From Leucoraja ocellata (taxonomy: Eukaryota): a stretch of 64,000 bases of DNA. Position 1 is the stretch's first letter. Each line of letters starts with the position of its first letter. The stretch lies in the NCBI GenBank assembly GCA_036785375.1, contig JAWMAR010000065.1, forward strand, positions 6,820,001-6,884,000, read 5' to 3'. Below the pieces are notes generated by a model. The model saw only the letters and a list, made by a program, of their open reading frames with translations. It was not told where the DNA came from and did no database searches. The translations under genes and the position numbers were made by a program. Positions 25,806 to 39,115 of this stretch are shown here, piece by piece.

Positions 25806-26726
25806 CTATGTAATAAAAAATGCAGTGCCCAGGAACCTGGACAGGAAGAGTCTTCAAGGAGTCTGTCCAGTTTGTCCAGAACATTGATATATTCCACAGG
25901 ACAAAAATACTTATGGTTTCAATAACATGGAACTTTATAAATTCTTATGCAGCAATTTCTTGTTTGTTTTTTTAAAACTGTACACATCAGAGCGCATTGT
26001 GCTGAAGCACTGGCCTAGAATAAGGTGCACGTTGCCACTAAAATAACGATTAAGTCAAGATTAATGTTATCTACCTGAATTGTTGTCATCTCTTTCCTGT
26101 TCATGCACGGATTGTTTCAACATGCAAGGCACTTTCTAAATAAGCCACTACATAAAATACATCTCCACACTTACGTTCTGCGACCACTTGGTAGCCTGAA
26201 AATTGTCAAAAGAATTACGTATGTGGTGATTGATTGACTGATTTTCTATTATTATTCCATCTAACATAATAACATCACATAAAGTAACCGTAACACAAAT
26301 GGTACGCATTCATCACTTTGATTGTGAGTTATTAAGATACAGGAGTGAAACCATCTAATCTCTTTACTGAAAAAGGAACCAATGTGGTCTGCATTCCATA
26401 GCATCATTCCCTGTTGATAATGAGCTGTATAGTAATATTGCTCAAACTGCTGAAACTTCCATTGGTCATTCATCCAGTCCTGCCAGGCTTCATTCTTTTT
26501 CTGTGACAGACACTGGCATCTCTTTAAAATTCTCATGTCTTAAGTTCTAAGACCAGAATTAGACCATTCGATCCATCACGTCTACGCCATTCAATCATAG
26601 CTGATCCATCTTTCCCTCAACCCCACTCTCCTGCCTTCTCCCCATAACCCCTAATTTCTCTCCACAGATACTGCCTGATACACTGCAATCCTGCAAGACT
26701 TTGTTCTTTGCTTTATCTTGATGAGA

Positions 26727-27015
26727 TTTAGAGATGAACCGTGGAAACAGGCCCTTTAGCCCACCGAGTCTGCTCCGACCAGCGATCCCCGCACACTAAC
26801 ACTTTCCCACACACACTAGGGACATTTTTTACATTTACTAAGCCAATTAACCTACATACCTGTACGTCTTTGAAGTGTGGGAGGAAACCGAAGATCTCGG
26901 AGAAAACCCACGCGGTCACGGGGAGAACGTACAAACTCTGTATAGACAGCACCCGTGGTTGGGATCGAACAATTGCTGTAAGGCAACAACTCTACCTCAG
27001 CACCACTGTGCTGCC
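26727..27015 (-). mobile_element. V-SINE
   Basis: Same family as 5828-6128. Confidence 0.9.
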
Positions 27016-27879
27016 CGCGGCTGCTACCCTTTTATAAATTTTTCCCATGATCTCAAGCTGTGTGAACTAATTATTGAAAAAAAAGTGGATGGAATAAATG
27101 AGACTGTCAAATTAATAAATGTAGTTCTGCAGAGAAGTTGCCATTCCTTATCAAGAAGTGTACAGTGCAATGCTGTATCTTCATGGAAATCAGATTTTTT
27201 GTTACCCACTAGACCAAGTAAATTATTTTTAAAATGTCATGCAGATTCCTGAGAAAATATATGGTGAATTAATGCAATTCATTTAAACAGCCCCTGGCCA
27301 TTAGCAGGATGTGTTCACCTGCCAAGATTTGATTAATGATTTAGTTGAGCTTTACTGGACCAAAATGTATCCGTCAGATCAAATTTAATTCTAACTTAGC
27401 AAGATAGTTCATTGCCAAAGTCCAGAAACAGACTACTGTCTTGTTCTGTTAGGCTACTGCAATTAAATCTAACTTTGTTCCCTCTCTCCTCCACCAGAGC
27501 TTTAGCAAACATGTGTGACAAATGAGACAAGTGCCCTGCCAGTGGATGAGTGGCCCACAAGCTTCATTGGGATGGGAGCAGCAAGCTGAGGTGATCAGTC
27601 TGAGTCCCAGACACAGGCAGCAGCTGCACTTGGTTTGTAGGGACATGGGGCCAGGTTGGAAGGCCAGGAGTTGGGTGTTGATGGATATCTGCCACCTAAG
27701 GTTTTAACATAGGATTTTATGAATAGCATAATACAAGTTATCATTCACATTCTCTCTGTGTTGTCCGCGAGTGGTCACGTCTGTCTGCAGGTTATTTGAG
27801 ATGCTGGTTAAAGTGTATCTTGTAGAATACGGATCATGGTTGTTGTATGGTCTGTTATTTAGCAGTCAGCAGGGCAGTG

Positions 27880-28600
27880 TGGATTGAAATGACTAATTCC
27901 ATGAAAGAAGAGTTGTCCCATGAAAGCCTGAGAAAGACTGCCCTGTAATTACTAGAGTTTAGAATGAGGGGTGGTCAAAGATCGTAAAATGAATCGGAGA
28001 AAGATGTCTGGGGAGATTTTGAGAAAATGTTTCCACATGCCAGTGAATCTCTAACTAGGAGACATAGTCCCAAGATACAGAGTTTAACCAATTAACACTG
28101 AAGGCAGGATTTGTTTATACAGTGCTGTGAATCTTTGAGATTCTCTGCCTTAAAGGCTTTAGGTCCCCAGTCAGCGAGCAGATCAAAGTATGAGTTCCTT
28201 TTGGATACCAGTGGAATCAAGGAAAATTAGGACTAAGCAGGAAAGTGTGCATGAGGATTAGGATTGGCCATGACCTTACTTAAGGGGAGGCTCCAGAGGT
28301 GTACCATGCCTATTTCTATTTCTAATATTCTTCGGAACCCCCCCCCCTCCCCATCCATTTTGAATAGAAATCCGCTGTTTATAGCAAGTTTCCTTTTTTT
28401 TTTGAACATTTTTTAACATCATTGGGTATTTTTAAAGCAGAGATTGACAGGTTCTTAATTAGTAAGAGCATCAAAAAATTTATTGGGAGAAATCAGGAGA
28501 ATGAGATTGAGAGGGGAAAATAGATCAGCCATGATTGAATGGCGGAGTGCACTCAATGGGCCAAATGACCTAATTCTGCTCCTATGACATGAATTTATCT
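27880..28600 (+). mobile_element. Two old CR1 3' fragments
   Basis: ctagagtttagaatgagggg...gtgaatct; gatcagccatgattgaatggcgg. Confidence 0.65.
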
Positions 28601-28869
28601 AGAAAGCTACAATAAAGATGTTAAAAGTTTGTTTAAAAATTGATGCAGGACATCAAATCCAATATACTGCAACAAGTTAGACATTGCCATTTCAGCAATC
28701 GGCTATAAGGTTCTGCCTATTATAGCCGATTGCTGAACAATAATAGGCAGAAATTATTTCCTCTTTTTAAATTTGGACGTTAAAAGGTACTTGAGACAAA
28801 CATTTGCAAGGTGGCATTTGTATTGGGACAGTTGTTCAGTGATCACTTCTTGAAACCTCATCTTCAGCA

Positions 28870-28968
28870 TCTGTCTGAAGAAGGGTTACGGCCCGAAACG
28901 TCGCCTATTTCCTTCGCTCCATAGATGCTGCTGCACCCCCTGAGTTTCTCCAGCATTTTTGTGTACCT
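28870..28968 (+). mobile_element. ~99-bp hammerhead-bearing Penelope-derived retroposon with 12-bp TSD
   Basis: TSD tcatcttcagca (28858-28869, 28969-28980); core ctgaagaagggttacggcccgaaacgtc. Confidence 0.85.
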
Positions 28969-29144
28969 TCATCTTCAGCAGAGTTGATGATACATTTAAT
29001 TTTTTTTCCTGTTGCATTGTTTTAGCGCATTGGCGTCCCAATTTTGGTAATGAATGCATTTACCTTCAAGAAGTGACAGGTCTTTTGTCTGTGTAGAATA
29101 AAGGAAATAATTGGCCCACACTGAAACAGCAATTAAAATAAAGG

Positions 29145-29235
29145 TACACAAAATTGCTGGAGAAACTCAGCGGGTGCAGCAGCATCTATGGAGCGAAGGA
29201 AATAGGCGACGTTTCGGGCCGAAACCCTTCTTCAG
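29145..29235 (-). mobile_element. ~91-bp hammerhead-bearing Penelope-derived retroposon with 12-bp TSD
   Basis: TSD ttaaaataaagg (29133-29144, 29236-29247); minus-strand core ctgaagaagggtttcggcccgaaacgtc. Confidence 0.85.
29208..29235 (-). ncRNA. Minimal type I hammerhead ribozyme core motif (putative)
   Basis: CUGAAGA-A-GGGU(UUCG)GCCC-GAAA-CG-UC; helix III is vestigial, as in Penelope minimal hammerheads. Confidence 0.6.
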
Positions 29236-30479
29236 TTAAAATAAAGGATTTGGTGTGCACAGTTCACCTGTTATACTGTAAGTATTTTTAATTTACTTGC
29301 CTACATGGTTAACATTGAAGTTGCTTATTGAAAACAATGGATTTTGTTTGAGAAATTATACAATCAGAGCCATAGACATAACATACAGTGTAAATCGTGC
29401 AGAATAACTGAATAGAACTCAAACTATAAATGTTCATAGCCTGTTATGGAAATACATTCTCAACATCATTGATCCGTGCCATGTATTTCCTGGAATAGTT
29501 GCTCTCCAAACCATATCCTTTGAACTAAGCCCCAATTCTTGTACTTGTCCTTTCCATTTCTGCCCACTGCCTCCCGCCATGAACACTGGGATAATGAGGA
29601 CCATGGACAATCCCAAGAATACACCTAATCTTCCTACAGCTGCTCGGGAACAACTTGGAGGAAAGGATCGTTATACATCCAATATCTCTCCTCTAACTGG
29701 TGCATGTTGCTAAACCTATTTTCTAGGGAACCCTAAGTATGAATTTCAAGCGATATTGAAGATTTTCATCATCTTCTTTTATAAAATTGCCATTCCCTTT
29801 ACTCAATTGCTAACCTAGCTTAAGACATGAATACATGCAATGGTCATTTTAGTTTTGATCTCAAAGAATAGAATTAGACATTAATTGAGGAGGAAATGTG
29901 AACAAACTAATATCTATCAATTGCTGACATGTTTTACAGCATTAATTTCTGAGCATTTTCTTTGTAGATTCCCCGTCGAGGAGTGAAACCCTCACAGAAT
30001 ACAATTATATGCTGAATCAAAACACTTGGGAAAGTTTACTTTTATTGGGAGTTATTTTCTGTGCAGAAAAGCTGGTCAATGATATACATACATTATTCCC
30101 AATTCCTTCATTGGATTGTGTCAACTAATTAAGAATGAAGTGGAAACTTGCTTCCTTTTGAGACTAACATATCTATTTCTTTATAAGTATGAATAGTAAT
30201 ATTCAAATGGAAGAAGCCACTTGTTGAGTAATACAAATTCTAATGGAAAATCTAATTTCCTTTCATACAAATAAGCAAAAGATTGGTATTTGAGAATACC
30301 TGTACTGAAAAGAGTATTCAGTACAATTGAAGTTAAAGTTGAGATTAAAACTTCTAGTTAATTCAGTAAGTAAATATATACAATGCCATCAGCTACTGTT
30401 CTGTGCAATACAGATTGCAAAGACCCTAGGATTCAATGTCTTGACTTTGCTGAGTAAGATAACCACACAACTACATCTT

Positions 30480-30825
30480 CACGTTCACAAGGTATAGGAG
30501 TCGAATTAGGCATCGGGTCCACACCGTCATTCATCATGGCTGATCTAATCCCATTTTCCTGCCTTCTCCCCATAACCGTTGACACCCGTTCTAATCAAGA
30601 ATTTGTCTAACTGCCTTAAAAATATATTCACTGACGGCCTCCACAACAATGAGTTCCACAGATTAACTACCCTCTGACTAAAGAAGTTCCTTCTCACCTC
30701 CTTTCTAAAAGTGTGCCCTTTAATTCTGAGGCTACTGTATGACCTCTGGTCCTGGACTCTCACACCAGTGGAAACATCCTTTCCACTTCACTCGATCTAT
30801 GCCTTTCATTATTCTGTAAGTTTCA
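30480..30825 (-). mobile_element. CR1 3' fragment
   Basis: RNFFSQRVVNLWNSL, GYGEKAG. Confidence 0.9.
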
Positions 30826-31029
30826 ACCAGGGCTGTGGTAGGTATTGTAATTGGCCTTCCTATCTCTCCAACCACAACTAGAAGGAAGACATATTTGCCA
30901 GGGGCTGTTGCTTTAGGAAAATGTAAAGCATCAATTGTAATGTTCCTCTGAGCTGACCAACACTCACAGGAGAAGCACAATTCAATGACAGAAAGTAGAG
31001 GTGTGAATATTTAAAATAAACTTCAGGTT

Positions 31030-31653
31030 AGAAACATAGAAATTAGGTGCAGGAATAGGCCATTCGGCCCTTTGAGCCTGCACCGCCATTCAATATGATC
31101 ATGGCTGATCATCCAACTCAGTATCCCATCCCTGCCTTCTCTCCATACCCTCTGATCCCCTTAGCCACAAGGGCCACATCTAACTCCCTCTTAAATATAG
31201 CCAATGAACTGGCCTCAACTACCCTCTGTGGCAGAGAGTTCCAGAGATTCACCACTCTGTGTGTGAAAAAAGGTTCTTCTCATCTCGGTTTTAAAGGAAT
31301 TCCCCCTTATCCTTAAGCTGTGACCCCTTGTCCTGGACTCCCCCAACATCGGGAACAATCTTCCTGCATCTAGCCTGTCCAACCCCTTAAGAATTTTGTA
31401 AGTTTCTATAAGATCCCCTCTCAATCTCCTAAATTCTAGAGAGTATAAACCAAGTCTATCCAGTCTTTCTTCATAAGACAGTCCTGACATCCCAGGAATC
31501 AGTCTGGTGAACCTTCTCTGCACTCCCTCTATGGCAATAATGTCCTTCCTCAGATTTGGAGACCAAAACTGTACGCAACACTCCAGGTGTGGTCTCACCA
31601 AGACCCTGTACAACTGCAGTAGAACCTCCCTGCTCCTATACTCAAATCCTCTT
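31030..31653 (-). mobile_element. CR1 3' fragment (same subfamily as 1360-4140)
   Basis: LVRPHLECCVQFWSPNLRKDIIAIEGVQRRFTRLIPG; tail agaaacataga. Confidence 0.95.
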
Positions 31654-31947
31654 CAGGTGATTGATGTAGATAATAAAAGGTCAAACTAAATAGTTGATAG
31701 TGTTCAGATTATTGGTGAATAAGACAAAGCAATGAGTATTGTATAATAAAAAAAAAGCAATATTTTTCACGCTCTTATTGTCTTCCTTTCATAAAGGAGC
31801 ATGTTCTGGATTTGTAAAACATTACTGTGAATAAGCTGGTTATGAATGTAAAGATCACATACACTTCAGGAAGGCCATCAACCAATATCAGGGCAGTACA
31901 GAGAAACAAATCATCTATGATAACCGGGAAAACCTTCATTTACTACA

Positions 31948-32250
31948 CGGCACAGTAGCGCCGTGGTAGAGTTGCTGCCTTACAGTGCCAGAGACCCGGG
32001 TTCAATCCTGGCTACGGGTGCTGTCTGTACAGAGTTTGTATGTTCTCCCCGTGACCGGCATAGGTTTTCTCCGGTTGCTCCAGTTTCCTCCCACACTCTA
32101 AAGACGTTCAGGTTTGTAAGTTAATTGGGTTCGATAAAGATTGTAAATTGTCCCTAGTGTGAAGGATAGTGTTAGTGTACAGGAATCACTGGTCGCCGGG
32201 ACTTGGTGGGCCGAACGGCCTGCTTATGCGATGTATCTCTAAAACTAATA
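31948..32250 (+). mobile_element. Full-length V-SINE (tRNA head, V domain, CR1-type tail)
   Basis: ggcacagtagcgccgtggtagagttgctgcc...gggttcaatcc; gagtttgtatgttctccccgtg...tttcctcccacactctaaagac. Confidence 0.92.
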
Positions 32251-33244
32251 ACGAAAACTATTAGTTTCATGGGAAAGATACGTGGTAAATCGTTACAGCA
32301 AAATCATTACATTACATATTTTAAATCTTGCCTTTGGTTTGTGGCTCACAAAATCAAAGAATTATTGCTGCTCAGAATGTGGCCCTTCAGCCTAACAAAC
32401 CCCTGCTGACTCTTTGTTGAACAAATAAATCAATTTAATTCCCCTGCTGAGTGTGAAGTTATTCCACCACTGCACTGTTATTTCCTAATTTAATACAATG
32501 AGATGCTGAATTTTAAAGGACAATAGAGCACTTTCATGTTATGGATTTCTGTTCACAGGAGACTGGATGATACACTGTATGTCACAACCCATTTTCTTTT
32601 CCAGCACTCCGCTGTTAAAAGGGAAAGAAAAGTTATTTTAGACAATCTTCTCTGGGTAGCTTTGAATTAATCTCTTGAGAGGAAAATTCTCATCAAAGCC
32701 TTATTTATATGATATGTAAATCATAGAGAGGCCAGCAGGATTCTGATAAAATCCAAGTTCTTCCACATTTCTATGTCTTACCTAGTTTGATTCTAGATCA
32801 AAGAACGTTAAAGAAGTTAAAATCTGTCAGTCACAAGTGCACTGAAATGACAAAGATTGGGGGAAGGAGATCAAGTGGATGCTTTATGCTGTTAGTAGTC
32901 AATATTGCTGAGAACCAGGTTCAGCTACACAATGGCAAAACCATGGTTAAATGTCATATTTTCACCTCTTCTCAGTTGAAGGCTCTCATACTATATACCA
33001 CATACTAAATACTATATGCTCTCATTATATTTTATTTCTTACTTTGAAATTTCATCCATTTAGATCTTTGCTGCTGATGAAATATCCCCTCTCAGATTAC
33101 ACCAATCTCTATTTAGGTTTGAAATGCAGAAACAATAGCACTTGCATAATATGACTGGTAAAGGTTCTTAGGATCAACAGCGCCTGAAAAGGAGAAATGC
33201 TGGAGTTAAAGCAAGAGGCTAGACATCAGTTATTGCTCATGATT

Positions 33245-33680
33245 TCGGTTTGTACTCGCTAGAATTTAGAAGATTGAGGGGGGATCTTATAGAAACTTAC
33301 AAAATTCTTATGGGGTTGGACAGGCTAGATGCAGGAAGATTGTTCCCGATGTTGGGGAAGTTCCTGAACAAGGGGTCACAGTTTAAGGATAAGGGGGAAA
33401 TCTTTTAGGACCGAGATGAGGAAAACTTTTTTCACATAGAGAGTAGTGAATCTCTGGAATTCTCTGGCACAGAAGGTGGTTGAGGCCAGTTCATTGGCTA
33501 TATTTAAGAGGGAGTTAGATGTGGCCCTTGTGGCTAAAGGGATCAGGGGGTATGGAGAGAAGACAGGAACAGGATACTGAGTTGGATGATCAGCCATGAT
33601 CATATTGAATGGCGGAGCAGGCTCGAAGGGCCGAATGGCCTACTCCTGCACCTATTTTCTATGTTTCTATGTTTCTATGA
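33245..33680 (+). mobile_element. CR1 3' fragment
   Basis: Near-identical to 3712-4140; (ttctatg)n tail. Confidence 0.95.
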
Positions 33681-34904
33681 TATAGTTGGGCTGTAGTTGT
33701 TAGGTAAGTAAAGGCCTAAATTCCTTTTACGATGACATGTCCTCACAAAGCACTTTACACCGTTGTTTTACAGATTTTGGTTATGGCTGATGGTCCCCTG
33801 ACCCGCACCACCTCTCCGGCCACTTAGATCCCTGGCTTCTGTGGCCCCCTGCTGGACTAACAAGATGCACCAGCGATCCCATCTTCACCCACCACTGCCT
33901 TTCACGGTCCAGTTGCAGTGGCTGTCATTGTGGCTCACGTTGTAGCCCCCCTGGGGTCCACTTCTTCAGGCTGCTGCCCCCGACAGGATGCATTCGGTCA
34001 CCGTGGGGCGCCTTCCCATCCCATCGGCCGCCGCTCTTCCTTCGGTTTGTCTGCTCGACTGCCACTGCCTCCTTCTCCAGTCACTCTGTCTGCTCAGCCC
34101 CTCCTCCACACTGCCCCCTTGGAAATGGCAGCAGGTGAGAGAGGAGGGAGTCCCATGGTGACCGAGCACGTCTTGTCGTGATCAGCGGCCTGAAAGAAAG
34201 CAATGACGGGCAGGGGCTACAGTGTGAGTTGCAGCAATAGCTGTGTAAACTGGTGAAGAAGGGCTCGCTGGTGCAGACCTGTGGCCATCGAGGCCTAGTT
34301 TTAAGGTGTGTAGGATGCGAATCTGGGATAACATAAAACTAGTGTTCGGGTGATCGTTGGTTGGCGCGGACAGTAGGACAAAGGGACTGTTTGCACGCTG
34401 TGAACTAACCTAAGTTAAGCTGAACTAAACCCTTTTTTCCTTTCCCTCATACGCAAGGCTAAAGTCGGCATTGTGAAGGAATTGGGCCACTTGCCTGGAT
34501 GTGTGCAGCACTAATAACTCTCAGGAAGCTCAACACCATCGAGGACAAAGCAAACCACTTGAATGATATCTCATCTATTCACCTTAAATTAGGTACAATG
34601 TGAACCATGCACAAAATGCACTGCAGTTACAGTTCTCCTCTGACCCACTCTGGCAGCATCCACTACCTTGGCCAAGAGATACAGGTACTTCAGAAAACCA
34701 CCACCTGCCGATGCCCTCAAATCACACACCATCCTGACTTGGAAATAAACCTCCAAGCAGCGTCTGAATCCTGGGCCTGTATCCAACACCACTGTGGGGG
34801 TACCTTCACCTGTCCCGGTTCCATGATGAGCCAGCGACACCCGTGTTCCAAACAATGAATACAAATAATCAATCTACCCGTGGACTAAAGTAAATCGGAG
34901 ATTA

Positions 34905-36104
34905 TGAATGAATGAATGAATGAATCTCTTTATTGTCATTGCACATGGTACAACAAAATTTAAAAGTCAATCCCATGGTGCAATTCACAAGAGCAATTTT
35001 AAATATATAAGAAAAGGTAAAAATGTATACAGATTTAAAAAAAATTACAGATAAATAACAATAGCAGCTGAGGTAGAACCATTCAGTTGAATGTGAGTGT
35101 TATTTCTTATTTTGCATTGTTAAGTTCACGTATGGCTATGGGGTAGAAGCTATCTCTGAGTCTGTTTGTGCGAGTTTTGAAAGACCTGTACCGTCTGCCA
35201 GAGGGCAGCAGGTGGAACAGGTTGTGTCCAGGGTGGGAAGGGTCCTTTAGGATGTTGGTTGCCCTGCCAAGGCAGCGAGAGCTGAAGATGTCCTTCAGGG
35301 AGGGCAGTGGGCAACCAGTGATTTTTTGTGCGGTGTTGATGACCCATTGAAGGGCTCTCCTGTCCGCTGCAGAGCAGCTGGCATACCATGTGGTTATACA
35401 GTACGCCAGCACACTCTCAATGGAGCAGCGGTAGAAGGACACCAGCAGCTTCTCCTCCAGGTTGTTTTTCCTGAGGATCCTCAGAAAGTAGAATCACTGC
35501 TGGGCCTTCTTGACTGCTGTGGTGGTGTTTGTAGTCCAGGAGAGATCCTCCATAATTTGTGTGCCCAGGAATCTGAAGTCTGAGACCTTATCCACAAAGT
35601 CCCCATTGATGAATAGAGGTTTGGGGGCTGCACTGTTCTTACGGAAGTCTATGATAATTTCCTTTGTTTTTGTGGTGTTTAGGATGAAGTTGTTGACTGA
35701 ACACCACGCTGCCAGACTTTGGACTTCCTCCCTGTAGGCTGTCTCATCTCCTCCTGAGATACGTCCAACCACAGTCGTGTCGTCCGCAAACTTGACGATG
35801 GTGTTGGTGGAGTGGGCGGGGGCACAATCGTGGGTGTAGAGGGTGTAGAGGAGGGGGCTCAACACACAGCCCTGTGGGGAGCCGGTGATGGGGGTGGAGA
35901 GGTGATGGCCCAGTCTGACGGTCTGGGGGCGGTTAGATAGAAAGTCCTTGATCCAGAGGCAGATGGGTTGGGAGAGTCCTAAATCCATGAGTTTGGTGAC
36001 CAGTCTGCTGGGGATGATGGTATTGAAGGCGGAGCTAAAGTCAATGAAATGCATCCTCACATAGCTCCCCTGGTGTTCGAGGTGGGTCAGTGCAGTGTGG
36101 GAGC
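34905..36104 (-). mobile_element. Rex1/Babar LINE, 5'-truncated, (ATTC)n tail
   Basis: [58 protein letters not shown]. Confidence 0.93.
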
Positions 36105-36730
36105 CTGTTGTGTTTGTTACGCAGGCAACCAGACGGTAATAAATAAAACGAGCATCTTGTTGTCGGGGGGGGGCGGTGGAGGGTGGGAGGATGTAAAATT
36201 GTCCGTTGCCATGCACACTGGTCATCAGATCCCCAGGGAATTTGTGTGTCCCCCCCCCCCCCATGTTTTAAAAGTGATTTACTATGGCCGCCAATGCCCC
36301 GAGCCGTCTGTCCCCCCGGCCGGGGTGGGGGTGAATCACCCGGTGTAGGTGTCAGGGGGTAAATCACCCTGTGTGTGGGCTGGGGTCCGATGGCGGTGCA
36401 TCGCGATGATTCTGGGTGGGCGGAAGGACCAGCCTGTCCCACATCTCTGCTCCACCCGGCGCTGCCGACACACAGCCCGTCACAGTGCGGCCACATGGGG
36501 GAGATGAGGTGGAGGGTGGCCGTGGGAAAGTGTGGGCTGTCCCGAGGGATGCGCTCCTTTGGCCGCTTACAACCTGGTGCTCAGGTTCAGAGTGCCCAGT
36601 CACCTATGGCTTGTGTGGGAAAATTACCCCCACCCTCCCGTCTCCACCGGCCAGTGATGTGATGGACGCGGGGGTCTGGACCAATCCCTGAAAAGTCCCG
36701 CCCCCTGGCGACATCATGTCAATTATTTTA

Positions 36731-36968
36731 CTTTTCGGCAGAGCGGCCATTCGGTGAGTTGCCTTGTAGGCGACGCAGCCTTTCGGTTAGTTGGCGTTTC
36801 GGCAGAGGGGTCTTTCGGTGAGTTCGCTTTTAGGCAACGCACCCTTTCGGTTAGTTGGGGTTTATACGCTTTTGGTTATTTGGCGTTTCGGCTTTGTTTC
36901 CGTTCGGTTATTTGACTTCCACTTCTTTGCTTCGGCTTCTCGTCCTTCGACGCCACGTCCGGGCACCA
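36731..36968. repeat. 16-bp-period 'ttcgg' array with 64-bp higher-order unit; probable terminal arm of a Foldback/MULE-like transposon
   Basis: cgg/agg motif at 36736, 36752, 36768, 36784, 36800, 36816, 36832, 36848; ends gtccgggcacc. Confidence 0.6.
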
Positions 36969-37549
36969 TTAAATCAGACAATATGACCAAATAATTTCTT
37001 GCAAAAGGGGGATGTGAGTATAAGGTTGAAATGCAAGTAGTTCTTGTAAAATTCACAATTACTTGAGCTAGTCCCTCGTGTTCATCATTATCTGTCCTGC
37101 ATAATGAAATGCTTTATTCCCTTGAAGATTCTATTCATGATGATGGTGGTGTTGAAAATTCACTCTGTCATTTTAGAAACCCAAGGTAATGAGGTTAATG
37201 TAGAAAGGTTTTCATGTTTGATCATATGTCTAGAGATGTGTGAGGTTTCAATACATGAGGGCATTCCCTTTTTAAGTCATCATAACATCATTTAGAAAAA
37301 AATTTAACTGACAAACATATGTTATCAGCGCAGTGGGTGAAAGTTGGGGCTGAAGACTTCATTCTTTTACGATCAGAAGATTAAATCCTGTTTTAATACA
37401 ATGCCATATTAGTCTGCAGAATGTTAATGTCTTTGTTAAAAACTTAAAAGAGTATGATTTTACAAGATTATCAAACAGCACCATTTTTGGGATCAAATAT
37501 AAGCGTGCTTATAATTCCTGCAAATAAGGAATTTTAATCGGCTAGAAAT

Positions 37550-37850
37550 TAGTTTAGTTAAGTTTAGTGTAGAGATACAGGTTGGATACAGGCCCTTTGG
37601 CCCACTGAGTCTGCACCGACCAGCGATCCCCGTACATTAACACTATCCTGTACATTAGGGACAATTTACACTCTGCCGGAGCCAATTATCCTACAAACCT
37701 GTATGTCTTTGGAGTGTGGGAGAAGACCGGAGTATCTGGGGAAAACCCACGCAGTCACGGGGAGAACGTGCAAACTCCGTACAGAGAGCACCTGTAGTCA
37801 GGATCTTGGCGCTGTAAGGTAGCAACCATACCGCTGCGCCACCGTGCCGG
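37550..37850 (-). mobile_element. V-SINE
   Basis: Same family as 5828-6128. Confidence 0.9.
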
Positions 37851-38039
37851 CCACAATATCAACATTTCTTGAAGTCACAGTTCTTGTAACGAAATTTAAT
37901 ATCATTTTTATATAACAATGGGGTAATTATCCACCTGGTGGAAATGTTGGTTCAATTTTGTCCTTGTTTATCTCAAAAGCAGCAAGTGGGGGTTGAAATG
38001 TGAACAGTTACAATAGGTGCGGACAAAGCCTACATTCTT

Positions 38040-38710
38040 CCAACAGTTTGTTTCTTACTTCAGGAGGGTGTGGTCAATGAGTGAGTGTTTAACAATGTGA
38101 TAGGTGGAATACTACATTGAAAAATGTGAAGTTAACCACTTGAGTCATTCTTAAATGGTGAAAGATGGAAATTGTTGATATTCAAAGTGACTTGTCCAAA
38201 TTTACAAGTGCAGCAGGCTGTTGGGAGGCCTGAATGCTGGAGGACTTGAGTACAAGATTAAAGACGTCTCACTAAAATTATATTGGGCTTTAGAACAGTA
38301 CAGAATAGTACAACACAGGAACACGCTCCTTGCCCCCCCAGTGTCTGTGTCGAACATGATGCCAAGTTAAATTAATCTCCTCTGCCTGTACGCTCCTTAT
38401 CGCTCCATTCCCTGAATATTCATGTTAAGTCTCTTAAATGCCACTAGCACGTCGAACTCCACTGCTGCCCTTGGCAGTGCCTTCCAACCTCCCACAATTC
38501 TAAAACAAAACTTACCCTGCACATCTTCTTTAAACCTTGCTACTCTCACTTTAAAACACTGCCTTCTAGTCTTTGATAATTCCACTCTGGCAAAACATTC
38601 TGGCAGGCTATGCTACCTATGCCTCTCATGAGTTTATAAACCTCCATCATGTCCCCCCTCAACCTCTGACATTCCAGAGAAAACTATCCAAGTTTGTTCA
38701 ACCTCTCCTT
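38040..38710. mobile_element. Old CR1 fragments (plus to ~38290, minus from ~38292)
   Basis: aatgtgaagttaaccactt; minus SKTRRQCFKVRVARFKEDVQGKF. Confidence 0.65.
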
Positions 38711-38974
38711 ATATATGTAATACCCACTCATGCAGGCGGCATGTCTTTGGAATGTGGCAAGAAACAAGAACACATAGAAGACACAGGTTTGACCAGCGCC
38801 TGAAAAGAGAAAAAATAGGTTCACCTTTCCAATGTAATTGTTCCATCTCGCACCATGTTCATAATGATTGATTGAAAGATACACATGGAAACTCCACCGA
38901 GACCACGCCGACCATCGATCACCCATTCTCGGTGGAACCCAAATGTTGACACACAAGCTAGGTTCACATTATGC

Positions 38975-39115
38975 CAATAGTCAATAGTCAATAGTCAATA
39001 GTCAATTTAATTGTCATTTGGACCCCTGGAGGTCCAAACGAAATGCCGTTTCTGCAGCCATACATTACACACAAATAGACCCCAGACACAACATAATTTA
39101 CATTTTACATAAACT
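38975..39115 (-). mobile_element. LINE 3' tail with (ATTGACT)n repeat
   Basis: (caatagt)4 followed by ttaattgtcat, matching the Rex-type tgacaat signature. Confidence 0.5.

Noticed and set aside
26261-26536. 91-aa minus-strand ORF
   Set aside because: No motif or splice support; consistent with chance
29958-30130. Acceptor-like tttctttgtag followed by an open frame (DSPSRSETLTEY...)
   Set aside because: No convincing donor and no recognisable peptide
31948-32020. tRNA gene
   Set aside because: It is the tRNA-derived head of a V-SINE, continuing into the V domain and LINE-type tail
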